From Octopus vulgaris (lineage: Eukaryota), in contig OX597821.1 of assembly GCA_951406725.2 (NCBI GenBank), positions 29,078,001 to 29,142,000 of the forward strand: a DNA stretch of 64,000 nucleotides, given 5' to 3'. The notes beneath the pieces are model-generated. The model was not told the DNA's origin. It did not search any database and saw only the letters and a program-made list of their open reading frames with translations. Positions within the stretch are counted from its first letter, which is position 1. Each line of letters opens with the position of its first letter. Positions 52,064-64,000 of the stretch are shown in pieces. Position numbers and translations under genes: made by a program.

Positions 52064-54521
52064 CATTATTGTGCTATGTAGGAAGGTGCAAAGTATCTGA
52101 GGCGCTGGTTCAAAGGTTCTGTCAAGAACCATGGTTTCAACAACCTTCATCATCCTCACCATCATCATCGTTGTCGTCATTTTATGTCAGCTTTCCATGG
52201 TGATACAGGTAGGATGGGTTACCATGGCCGGAGTCACCTTTGCTTGAGAGCAAAGACTAAGTTCAGGTATTTTTCATTTGACTTGGTTTCTCTATCTGCT
52301 GGATATCTTTCTTAATGCCAACTATTTTGCAGAGTGTACTGGGTGCATTTCCAGGTGGCACCAGCAATAGAACAGGGTGTGTAGTCTTTGATGAGACAAG
52401 ACCTGGAGGGCGCTGTTGGTGGGGGGGACTTTGTAAACCTCCTCATTTAGCCAATCACTTTACATGTGGTGAATCAAATAAACAATTGATAGCGTTAGAA
52501 AGGACACCTTAAGGTGTATGATCAAATAGTGTTAATATTCTATAAAAACCATTTGCTGCAATCATTCTAAATGGTTTCCAAATCTGCTGGGTGTCTAACT
52601 TAATGCTAACCACTTTGCAGAATGTACTGAATGCATTTCCTTGTGGCACCAACACTAGAAGAAGAGTGTGGAAAGTCCTTGGTGAGAAAGGACAAAGGGG
52701 AGGTCATAAACCTAAAGTCGCTTTACTCATTTAGCCAATCACTTTACAGTTCAGAAAGCAGATAATGGATCAGACTTATACACAGGCCAAGGTACTGAGA
52801 ATATTTAGTAACCTAAAGCATATATATTGATATAGGAAGGGAAAAGGAACAGTGATGGCCAGAACAGCTAGAAGTGGGTATTTGAAAGAAGGGAAAAAGG
52901 ATTGTAAATGTCAGCATAAATGCTGGAGGTAACTGAGTTACCTGGGGCAGGTATGTTTGCTCAGGTGACTGAGGCGGCAAGGAGCTGGACAGAAAGAACA
53001 ATGATAATAGGACAAGAATGTGTGGGGACTGGGGAAGAAGGAACAAAAGTATGCCGGAAAGAAGACAGGGTTATGCAGGAGTGGACAGTGTTGAGGGGAG
53101 TATGACTGGCAATGGCTAAAGGTAAGAGTGAGTGGGTGAAAAGGGCAAGAGTATAGTGGACAAAAAGTGTTATTTAGGTGAAGTTAAGGGGTGTGTTGGT
53201 AACTGGCAATGGCAGAGATAGACAAAAGTAGAGGTGGGCTATGAAATAAAAGTGAGAGTAGGCAAGAAACACAAATATATGTACTGAAATAGATAGTAAA
53301 AGCAAACACTCTCATATATGTGTGCATACATATTTATGGCTTCTAGATAGGTTCTCTCAACCAAAATTTATATCACAGAACTTAGGATGACCCAGAAAGT
53401 TGTGCAATGGGATTGAACTTGCAAACACATCTCTGCGAAGCAAAGTTCTTAGAAACACGCCCATATTGTCCAATAATACTTAATCCGTTAATATTTCCTA
53501 GAGAAGACACTAAACAACAAGAGAACTGCCAGGACATAAAATGGAAACCCCACCCTCCACTCCTCTGCTTGTGCATTATCATTATCAGCACCAGGAGGTT
53601 ACATGTCCATCAGCAAGATAAATGACTTCTATTGCCATCTTCCGGAATCAATAATGTGATTTCTACAATTAAATTGAGCCAGAGTTCAAATGTTAATTTG
53701 TAACCTGTCTGGTGACAGACACAGTCTTCAGTACTCTTCAGCAAGTAACTTTATTCCATTTAGTTATTTAAGTCGACTATCAGTAAACAATTTGAAACTT
53801 GAGAGACGAGTTAATTAACTACACCAGGTATAGAGTAATTTTGATGTTTATTTCCATATTGCAACAGGTGTCATACTTCACCCTTGAGCAAGAGACTTCA
53901 CTCCACTGCTTCTTTATGAAATCTGTAAATAACATGCAGCATCTTGCTCTTATCTTTTATCTCTTATTTGTTTCAATCATTAGACTGTGGCCATGCTGGG
54001 GCACTGCCTTGAATTTTTAGTGGGTTTGAAGTGACCCCTAGTACTTATTTTTTGAAAACCTGGTACATATTCTATTGGTGGTGTCTTTTGCCAAGCTGCT
54101 AAGTTATGGGGATGCAAACATACCAACACCAGTTGTCAAATGGTGGTGTCAGGGGACAAATACAGAAAGGCACACACACACATAGATATACATGCATATA
54201 TACATACATATATACACACGCACACACATAGATATACATGCATACATACATACATACATACATACATACATACACATATACGTGGAGTAGATGAAGCTAA
54301 GGCGACTGAAAAAGGGGAATTTTCCTTGTTTTGTATGTCCTGTACTCTAATTTTTCATTGTTTAAAAGAAATGTCCACTTCCTTGGTTTTGTGTTTATGT
54401 TTTCGTTTCTCATTGTGTTCGACGTTTTTTTGGTGTCCTGTACCCATATATGCATGTATATATATATACATGTAGAGGTACATATATGTATGTATATATG
54501 CATATGTTTTATTTATTAATT

Positions 54522-54564
<43 letters not shown>

Positions 54565-55620
54565 TGTATATGTACAATGGGCTTCTTTCAGTTTCCATCT
54601 GCCAAATCCACTCACAAGGCTTTGGTCAGCCAAGGGCTATAGTAGAAAACACTTGCACAAGGTGTCATGCAGTGAGGCTGAACCCGGAACCATGTGGTTG
54701 GGAAACAAGCTTATTACCACACAGCCATGCCTGCACCTGTGTATGTATATACACATAAGTGGATGTGTATTTATGCACGTCTTTATGTATATATGCATGT
54801 GTGTGTATTCCATCAATGTCATCCTCATTTGATGGCATCAGGTCAAGCGTATTCATGTATGATAATTACAACTGCCATTTTATATATTTGTTGGTTGTTT
54901 TCAATTCATCATCATCATCATCGTCATCGTCTTCACTATTATCTAACATCCGTGTTCCATGCTGGCATGGCTTCCACAGTTTGACAAGGACAGAATGAAT
55001 CCAAGAACTGCATCAACTCCAGTGTCTGCTTTTGGCATGGCTTCTACAGCTGAATAAGAGAGGACTCATTGGACAATGTTCCAAATATGCAATATAAGTG
55101 GGACACTCCTAACTGGAATAACTTTGATTATACATCCGTTGCCATTGGAAATAATTGCTATAATTCTTCAAATCCTATCCTATTGTCTCTAGAAAAAGGA
55201 AGTATACATTGGACAACATTCTAAATATACAAAAAAGAGGTGAGATGGTCCTGACTGGAATGTTTTATTTCTTAGGTCTGCTCAACCAGGGATGGCCTAG
55301 GGTTAAACAACAGCAACAACATTAGCAAGGAAACATTGTTGCTGAGAGGCCATAATCTATGTTATTCATATACATATATAGAACATTGTTGGTATTTAAT
55401 CCCAAGGTGTTCCAGTCGTGACTGTCCCAGCTTATTTTGAATTGTAATGTTCATTTTCAATACAGTAAAAAGTAATTTGAAGAAAATTTGGCTGCTATTT
55501 CTAGTATATCAAGCTACCACACATGGGCTTACAATATTTCAGTGTAGTTCTGATGAATTTATGAGAGAAATAACAAGAAAAGGCTGTGCTAGAATGAAAA
55601 ACAAAGAAAAATAAGTTTAA

Positions 55621-55844
55621 CCCTTTTGATACCAACCTGCCCCAAACCACCCCAGGTACTATGGTAGAAGTTTCGTGATTTACAGCAATCTAAATTAAAA
55701 TCTCCCTCAAAATTCCATTTTAATGTGTATTCCAATTAGCAACTGAATAATGAACAAGTTATTTAACTAAATTCTTCTTTATGTTCAAAATTAATTTAAA
55801 TAATTGCAGTTGTTTTTTCAAAAGAAATATTGGTAACAAAAGGG
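55621..55844. mobile_element. piggyBac-like MITE (second family)
   Basis: TTAA|CCCTTTTGATACCA ... TGGTAACAAAAGGG (13/14 inverted match). Confidence 0.7.
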
Positions 55845-56500
55845 CATCTGTGATGTAAACCTCTTGAAAAGGAAACATTTCTGGAGAGATATGAAATGAA
55901 GATAATTCCTTTCACACACTTCGCTAACCAAAGAAAATTGAGATTAGATATTTTTTGAGATGTGACTTGAAATATAACTGCTGCCGACTTCAGGAGAAGG
56001 CTCATCCCTCATTCATGTAATGTAATCATCCAACATTTTGAATTTAAGAATCCTTAAAGAGGTTTAAGTATTTATCAAGTAAAATGTATGTACGTCTGTT
56101 CAGTGATTATTATCAGTGTGTGTCTAAATATATATCTTGTTTACTTGTTTATTTGTTTCAGTTATTTGACTGCAGCCATGCTGGAGCACAGCTTTTAGTC
56201 GAGGAAATCGACCCCAGGACTTATTCTTTGTAAGCCTAGAACTTATTCTATCGGTCTCTTTTGCCGAACCGCTAAGTTTTTTTTTTATAGCTGGATGGCC
56301 TTCCTAACACCAACCACTTTACAGAGTGTTCTGGGTCCTTATTACATGGCACCAGCATTGGTAAGGTCAAGTAATTAACAAGACAAAAAGTACTCAACTG
56401 AGAGGAGGAGCGGTATTGAGAGATTCATGTGTCTGGTGATGGGTGATTAAACTATGATAAAACAACAGAAACAGGTGTCTTGTTGTAGAAGAGATACATG

Positions 56501-56548
<48 letters not shown>

Positions 56549-57159
56549 TCGGTGAAGATCTGCAAGGGTGTACCTTCAAGGTAGAAGGTGTTGACTTAAA
56601 GTGGAGTGGTACAGTGGACTGAACAGAGTGAAGGAAAAGGGAGTTCATGAAAATGCAAAAGAAGTGGAAGAGAGGGTGTGTGCCTTTGTCTTGGCATTAT
56701 GTGATGATTGTAAGCAACCAATACCATAATATAAGTGATTTTGTTCATTTCCAGCCTTCCACATGAAACATGTCAGGTTATAGAAAATATTAGTTTCAAA
56801 TTTTGGCACAGGGCCAGCAAGTGCAGACGGTGGGGTGGAGGATAAGTCAATTACACTGACCCCCGCCCCTAGAGTTCCCAAAGGGATGAAAGGCAAAGTT
56901 GAACCTGGTGGCATTTGAACTCAAACCACAAAGTTGGACAATATACTGCTAAGCACTTTGCTCAATGTGCTAATGATTTTGATGGCTTGCCACCTTAGGT
57001 TATTATTACTTTGCCAGGAAAAACAGGACATTAAATAATGATGATGATGGTGATTATGACTATGTGAGTGTTTGTGCGTGTGTATATAGACACACACACA
57101 TGTGTATTACACAACTGGCTTCTACACATTATCTATGAAATTCTACTGACAAAGCATTG

Positions 57160-57730
57160 TTTTGTTTGTTTGTTCCTTCTCGAGCCATGCCTGGCTCATA
57201 AGGGCCGGTTTCCCGGTTTCTTGGCGTATAGGTTCTCCACCTGGACGGGACGCCGGTCCATCGCAGGTGAGCTGCAAGATGCAGGAGGAAAGAGTGAGAG
57301 AAAGCTGTGGCGAAAGAGTCAGCAGAAGTTCGCCATTGCCTTCTGCTGGAGCCGCGTGGAGCTTAGGTGTTTTCGCTCATAAACACACACATCACCCGGT
57401 CTGAGATTCGAACCTGCGATCTCTCGACCACTAGTCCGCTGCTCTAACCACTAGGCCATGTGCCTCCACAAAATAAACAAATGTGCCCTTTTTAAAGCCT
57501 AGCCAGGCTCATAGGTCCGGTTTCTCGGTTTTTATGGCGTATGTGTTCCCCAGCTGGATGGGACGCCAGCCCATCGCAGCGTTACTCATTTTTGCCAGCT
57601 GAATGGACTGGAGCAACTGGAAATGAAGTGTTTTGGTCAAGAACACAACGCGTCGCCCAATCCAGGAATCGAAACAACAATCTTATGATCATGGTGCAGA
57701 CACCCTAACCACTAAGCCACGCGCCTCCAC
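57160..57730 (-). mobile_element. two adjacent tRNA-derived SINEs sharing a V-domain-like segment
   Basis: 57160-57470 has a family C-type head/core and 57480-57730 a family D-type head/core. Both carry GCGATGG(A/G)C(C/T)GGCGTCCC(G/A)TCCAG. Confidence 0.85.
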
Positions 57731-59225
57731 ACAAGGCATTGGAAAATGCAACACCCCTAGTGCAGACACTTGTCCAAAGATGTCACATGATGTGATCAAA
57801 ACTGGAACTGTTGTGAACCAAGCTCCTTAACTGCATGGCTATACAGGTGCTTTGGATATGAAGACATTCCGAATTCTGTAGTAATGCATCTTTAGAAAAC
57901 TGCTGACCAAGTATTCTGTCTCAATTTAAAATGTTCAAACAGTCAATAAATGTATTTAGCATTTGTTCGTTAAGGCCTAATGGAAGTACACCAGTTGCAA
58001 AATTTAATAAGAATTAAATGAAGCACTGATAAATATGGATAGTGGAGGCACTGTTGGTGGTAATGGACTAATAACAATGCTGCGGAATAGTGCTTTGGTT
58101 ATATAAGGACAATAATATATTGTAGTCTTAACAATGAAATTATGTCTGTTTTGGCAGTTTAAATTCAGTCAAAAATTGAATTAAGTTTGTTGATTGGCAA
58201 GACTGTAGATGGGAGACAAACAATACAATATCTATAGACATTGATATTAGTTTCAAATTAAGTGTGATTGGTTGACAGCCAACACAAATCTCTGTATTTG
58301 CTTTTTGTATTTGCACACACTGAAGCAAATACATGTAAATGCATACACATTCACAGGGTTTGTCACAGAAAGCATGCACACACATGGCAATGTATAGAAA
58401 TACAGCTTACATAGATACATAATTTATATGAATGTGTGTATATGTGTACTCAGGGAATGTCTGTGTAAGTATATGTGTACTATATACATAAATACACACA
58501 TACATATATATGTATGTATATTGATTCATCAGAAGTAAAGGAGTAAGGAATACTTAAAATGAAGAACTGGCTCAAAAGCTTACAATAGTGGACTCTGCTA
58601 GTAACACTTAGGGACCAGGTGGTTTTATGAAACTGGGTGGCATATTAAGCCTAAGTACAGGTCACTCTTATGTACAACATGTAATCCAGCACAACCTATC
58701 ACATGGTCAGGTTATCTACAACTAAACCAGTAAACCCCACCATGCTTGCTTGATGAGGAGGGTGATTATTGGACACTGCAAACAAAACCTGACAAAGTGT
58801 AGAGAAACTCGGGAGGAGAATTAACAGCCATCTGATATTGAGCAAGAAGTGAAAATAAGAAGAAAAGAGGAAGAGTATGTTGCACATAGAAAGATCAAAA
58901 GAGAGAAAGGAACTTACAAAAGTGAGATGGTGACTCAAGAAAATCGCTCAAATGTAGCTCTTGTAAGTCACGGTTTGTATCCAGCAATTAAAAGGACAAA
59001 TAGTGCAGCTGAATCAAGCCTCAGAGTTAGGTGTAAAAGTCAATTATTCTGTGAACCCTGACTGGTTGTTCAACCGTGTTGGAAGATGATAATGATGACG
59101 AGGAGGATTATGTCTACTATGGAATTAGGCCAAACTAGATTTGAAATCAGAAAGAAAAGTGCTAGAACAAATACCTCGCAAATGCCTGTCTAATAATTCA
59201 ACTAGCCCACCACCCAAGAATTGTA

Positions 59226-60308
59226 CAAGAGTTGGATGAAAAGTTCAAAGGCTAACTAAGACACTCTCATGAAAAGTGACCAAATAAGGTTTCAGTCCAC
59301 ATATATCTTCCCTAAGTGTTACAGTGCTTGGATCTCATTGGTGAAGAAGCTTTCATTCTGTTGGTCAAAAGAGCCATCAAAAGCAGATATGACATCATCA
59401 CTATGATAATGGGGCCCAGCCGGATGTTCTTTCATAATGGAGAACAGATGATTGTCAAATAGGGATAAATCAAAGAAATAGGGAGGGTGATTAACCAGTT
59501 CAAGGCTACAGTCACACATAGCAGCAACTGAAACCAAGGACTTGTGTGATAGAGTATTGTCCTGATGAAACAAGATCCAACAGTCTTTCATAGCTACTTC
59601 AACAAGTTATGCTCTCCATTGATGGTGTGGTCCTTCTAGGTACAGTCAATAAACAGAATGCCTGTTGCATTATAAAAAAAACTAAGGCCATCACCTCTGA
59701 AGATAAAATAATCTTGGCTTTCTTTGGAGCAGGAAATGTTCAAGAAAACCAGATGGATCTGCCTCCAGCAACGCCAGATTTTTTGTGATGTGATCAGCCT
59801 GGTGCACTTTTGATCAGATATCAAAGACTTGGCACTTGCTAAGAAGAAACCTTCATCGTGCCAAGTTCATTGTTCAGAATATTCTCAACTCTCTCAAGGT
59901 ATACACTAACAGCATCGGCTATTTGATTTATAACCAATCACCTGTTATCTATCACTAAGTGGTGAAGACAAGCAAGGTTTTCCTCGGTGGTGGTAGTGGC
60001 AAGGTGTCTAGACTTAGGGTCATTTTCAAGATTTTCCTTTCTCTCCTAAATTCAGGTGCCTACTTTTGCACTTTTGAAAAAGCTAGAGCATTATTCCCTA
60101 CAGTAGCAACCATGTCAGTATGAATGTCCTTGGGAGCTAAACTCTTTTTCTGCAGGTACTTGATACCACCACAATGCCAAATTTTGTGAAATTTTCAAGA
60201 GAAGTTGCTACTAGATACTTTTGAAATTGAAAGTAAAGCATGCAAAATTTCAAATTTTCCAGCATCACTCCTTCATAGTCAGCCTATGAACTTTTCAGCC
60301 CACACGTG
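59226..60308 (-). mobile_element. decayed mariner transposon with both TIRs
   Basis: TIRs CAAGAGTTGGATGAAAAGTTCAAAGGCT / AGCCTATGAACTTTTCAGCCCACACGTG with TA flanks. ORF 59319-59591 has LFHQDN and HPPY..DL motifs. Confidence 0.9.
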
Positions 60309-61849
60309 TACTTTATCTTGCAATCCTGGAAAGATGAAAGATGAAGTTGCTTATGCTGGGATTTCAACTCAGAACATAAGAGCCCAAATAAATATTGCAA
60401 GGCATTTTATCCAACACTCCAATAACTCAGACAATTTGCTGCTCACATGCATGCATGTGCACACACACACACAATGGAATTAACTTATGGCAACTTTTCC
60501 ATGCTTGCATGGTCAAATGGAATTTTGCTGAGGCAAGATTTCTATAGCAAGGTACCCTTCTTCAACAATCTTCATCCGTTTCCGAGCCAGATATATTTTT
60601 CTCGTAAGACTCGAAAAACAACATCACAAGCAAACATACACACATACATATATGATGGCCATACAGAAGGCTTTGGTTGGCTCAGGGGCTATAGTAAAAG
60701 ATACTTGCTCAAGGTGCTGTGCAGAGAGGACTGGACCAGAGACCAGATGGTTGGGAAGCAAGTTTCTTAATCACACAGCCACACACATGCCCATTATAAT
60801 CATCATAATCATCACCATCATCAAACATCTGTTCCATGTCCTATAATGACCTCTTTCCATTTCAGTATGTATTGATTATTTAGGCTGATTGAATCACTGC
60901 GATGGCAGTGACCAGGATACAGAGCTGGCTGTACTTACAAAGCAGCATGAAAACTACCCAAGGTGCCACACAATGGGACTGAACCTAAAACCACATGGTT
61001 GAAAAGTAAACATCTTAACCACATAGCCAAGCATGTAAGAGTGTGTGTGTGTGTGTGTGTGTGTGCGTAAAATAATGGGCTTCTTTAAAATTCTTAGCTA
61101 CCAAATTCCAATCGCAAATTATTCAGTCAAATCATAGATCTGGTGGAAGATCCTTCTATGAAATGCCCCACAGTAAGATCAGACCCAGAACCTAGGTGGT
61201 GGTGGTAAAGTACACCTCTTAACTAAACCGCCATGCCCGAGCATCAACAACTCTGTATAACTTTGTAATTTGTAAGTTAGTAATTAATTCCTTTTGCAGT
61301 TAATCAACTCAAAATTATCTGTCAATTAAACGTGAGAAGTAATTGCTGGACAAGAAATTACTTGCAGTTCTCACAATTGTTGTTTTCCATTGGCATCTTT
61401 GCAAATTCAGGCAGACAAAGTCTGGGGGACAGTGCTGCTAATGATTGGATGATTTGAAATGAATTGAAGTAATGTCACTCGAGAGAGTATCATATGGAAA
61501 CAGAGATGTCTTTCACATTTAGACGTTCGGTGTACACTGGAGACTTTACAAGCAGGTTATTACTTTGGGCACTGACATGAACTGCGACTGAGTTGTTTAC
61601 TTTTATTTAGCACTAATTTAAAGTAGTAAGGTACATGTGACAAGTTGATAGCGTTGAAAGGAGAAGATAGATAATAATGGAAATAGATGGTAAAAAAAAA
61701 AAAAAAAATAAACAGAACAATAACGATAATGAAGATAGAGGGGAAGAAGACAGGATGAGAAGACTAGACATATAGGCATAAAGTCTGAAATTTTATGGAG
61801 AGGGTGATAGACAATTAAATCAATCATGGTTTTTGACAGGTACTTTACT

Positions 61850-62518
61850 TCATTTTATTCACCCCAAAAGTTGGTCTTGGTGAAAGCTGAACTCTGAATG
61901 TAAAGAACTGGAATAAATACCACCAGGCAGTTTTTTTTTCTGTTTTCCTGATGGTCTAATGATTCTACCTACCTGTCCGAGCCCTAAGAATAAAATATAA
62001 TAATAATGGTTCCAGTTTTTGACAGGGCCAGCAGTTTTTTTATATATATATTTTTTTTTAAGGGTTGGGGAAGACAATTACATTGACCTCAGTACTTGTG
62101 TGATATTTATTATACTGACCCTGAAAATATGAGACAGTAAGTTGACCTAGGCAGAACTTGAACTTGGAACATAACGGTGTATAAAATGCCACTAATCACT
62201 TTGTCTGGCATGCTAATTATTCTGCCAGCTTGCCACCTTGATGATAATAAAAACAAATCTTTCTAATATAAGCTCAAGGCCTGAAATTTAAGAGGTGGCT
62301 GGGGTGGGGGTGGCTAATCGATTACATAGACCCAAGTGCTCAACTGGTGCTTATTTTATCGCCCTCAGAAGGATGAAAGGGAAAACTGGCTTCAGCGAAA
62401 TTTGAACTCAGAATGTAAAGACGGATGAAATGTCACTAAGCATTTTGTCTGGCATGCTAAACAATTTTGCCAACTCACTGGTTTAATAATAATAATAATG
62501 ATGATGATGATGATGATG

Positions 62519-62554
<36 letters not shown>

Positions 62555-63955
62555 TCATCATCATTTACCGTCCACTTTCCATGCTGGCATGGGTTAGACG
62601 GTTTGACTAGAACTGGTAAGCTGGAGAGCTGCACCAAATTCCAGTCTGGTTTGGCATGGTTTCTACAGCTGGATGCCCTTCCTAACAATAATTATAATGA
62701 TGATAATGATGATGATTTAAGTACAAGGCTGTGAATTGAGAAGGGAAGGGATAAGTTGTTATCACCCCTCATACTGGGATACTATTTTATTTTATCAATC
62801 CCAGAGGGATGAAAGTTAAAGTCGACCCTGGTGTGAACTAAAGACAATGTAAGGCGCTACTACAAATATGGCAAGGCATTTTTACTGATGATCTAATGCT
62901 TATGCTTCTCCACTGCCATGATAATGATGATGATGATGATGAAAATGATTCTAACACTTTCTAAGTATTTCTTACCTAGGACAATGATCAGAAATTCAAT
63001 GGGCAGGGATAAGTCAATAAATGTGGTCCTACATTATTTACATTGGACGGATATGTGTCCTCATCTTGTTTGTTGTTACCACAACATTTTAGCCGATTTA
63101 CTCTCCAGCCTTCATCAGATGTCCAGGTAAAATTTTGAACCCAACCCTGTGTTCTCAAAATTCCACCTGGACACCTGATGAAGGCTGGAGAATAAATCAG
63201 CTGAAACATCATGGCAACAACAAACAGGATGAGGACACATATTCGTCCAATGTAAATAATGTAAATAGTGTACAGAATTCCTCATTTCTAAAATATACAA
63301 CAGTAAGATGATCCTAATATTTGACTGATACTTATTTTATCAACCCTGAAAGACTGGATTTGAACACCAAACCTAAAGGGCCAGAACAAATATCATATGA
63401 TATTTTGTCCAATGCTCTAAAATTCTGTCAATCCACTGTAACAATAATAATTGTTTTTAACAAGTACACAAGACCTGAAATACTAAGGAAGGGGTTAGTC
63501 AATTATGCTGATCCTATTATTTGAATGGTACTTTATTTGACCCCACAAATCTGAAAGTAAGGTTGACCATGGCAGGTTTTGAATTCAGAACATAAAGAGC
63601 TGGAGGAATTATCACAAAGTATTTTATCCAAGACACTAATGCTTTCATTAATCCACCACCCTTCAGAAAAATAGTCCTTACTGCTATAAGAATAAGACCT
63701 GAAATTTTGTGAGAAAAATATATATTTCTTTACTGCCCACAAGGGGCTAAACATAGAGGAGACAAACAAGGACAGACGAAGGGATCGAGTCGATTATATC
63801 ACCCCCAGTGCGAAACTGGTACTTTATTTATCGACCCCAAAAGGATGAAAGGCAAAGTTGACCTATGCACAATTTTAACACAAAATGTAAAGATGGGTGA
63901 AAAGCTGCGGAGTATTTTGTCTGGTGAGCAAATGATTCTGCCAGCTAGCTGCTTT
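61850..63955 (-). mobile_element. cluster of about seven co-oriented SINE B copies separated by (AAT/GAT)n
   Basis: Repeated cores near 61860, 62120, 62370, 62805, 63345, 63540 and 63840, all on the minus strand. Confidence 0.8.
63030..63263. mobile_element. palindromic PLE pseudo-LTR derivative with two opposed hammerhead motifs
   Basis: 63030-63137 is the approximate reverse complement of 63156-63263. TCATCAG at 63112-63118 and CTGATGA at 63175-63181. Homologous to 40089-40205. Confidence 0.9.
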
Positions 63956-64000
63956 TATTATAATAATAAAAAGAAGACAAGAAGTGAGAGAAGGAAAAGA

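Noticed and set aside
52442-52748. Exact 23-nt duplicate CTCATTTAGCCAATCACTTTACA with a CCAAT box
   Set aside because: It lies in a local duplication and overlaps the family E repeat motif GCCAACCACTTTACA, so constraint cannot be inferred.
36-63769. Most ORFs in the supplied track (YIYI, HTHT, CVCV, poly-I/L/S/T/D/M peptides)
   Set aside because: They are translations of microsatellites or SINE sequence, with no domain signatures or splice context.

Overview
AT-rich eukaryotic, almost entirely non-coding DNA. The repeat families and microsatellite density are most consistent with a coleoid cephalopod (Octopus-like); this is an inference, not a database result. No complete protein-coding gene is visible. 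The window is a mosaic of (TA)n/(CA)n/(GA)n/(AAT)n/(GAT)n microsatellites, several tRNA-derived SINE families (labelled A-E here), decayed LINE fragments (Tx1/L1-like, RTE, CR1/L2-like, R4/Dong-like), Penelope-like elements (PLEs), mariner remnants, piggyBac-, Tc1/mariner- and Merlin-type MITEs, and a non-autonomous Helitron. One plausible 77-nt plus-strand exon lies at 28411-28487. The most notable signals are: (1) several PLE-associated minimal hammerhead ribozyme motifs, including a nearly intact one (15940-16019) and variants with the core 3-8 pair changed to G-C and U-A; (2) fold-back PLE structures; (3) a SINE whose 3' tail resembles the 3' end of a co-resident Tx1-like LINE; (4) a CpG-decay boundary near 27-30 kb; (5) a 4-unit tandem repeat with a synonymous-substitution bias; (6) a perfect 21-nt inverted match 5.5 kb apart. 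Element boundaries were read by eye and are approximate unless TSD/TIR coordinates are given.
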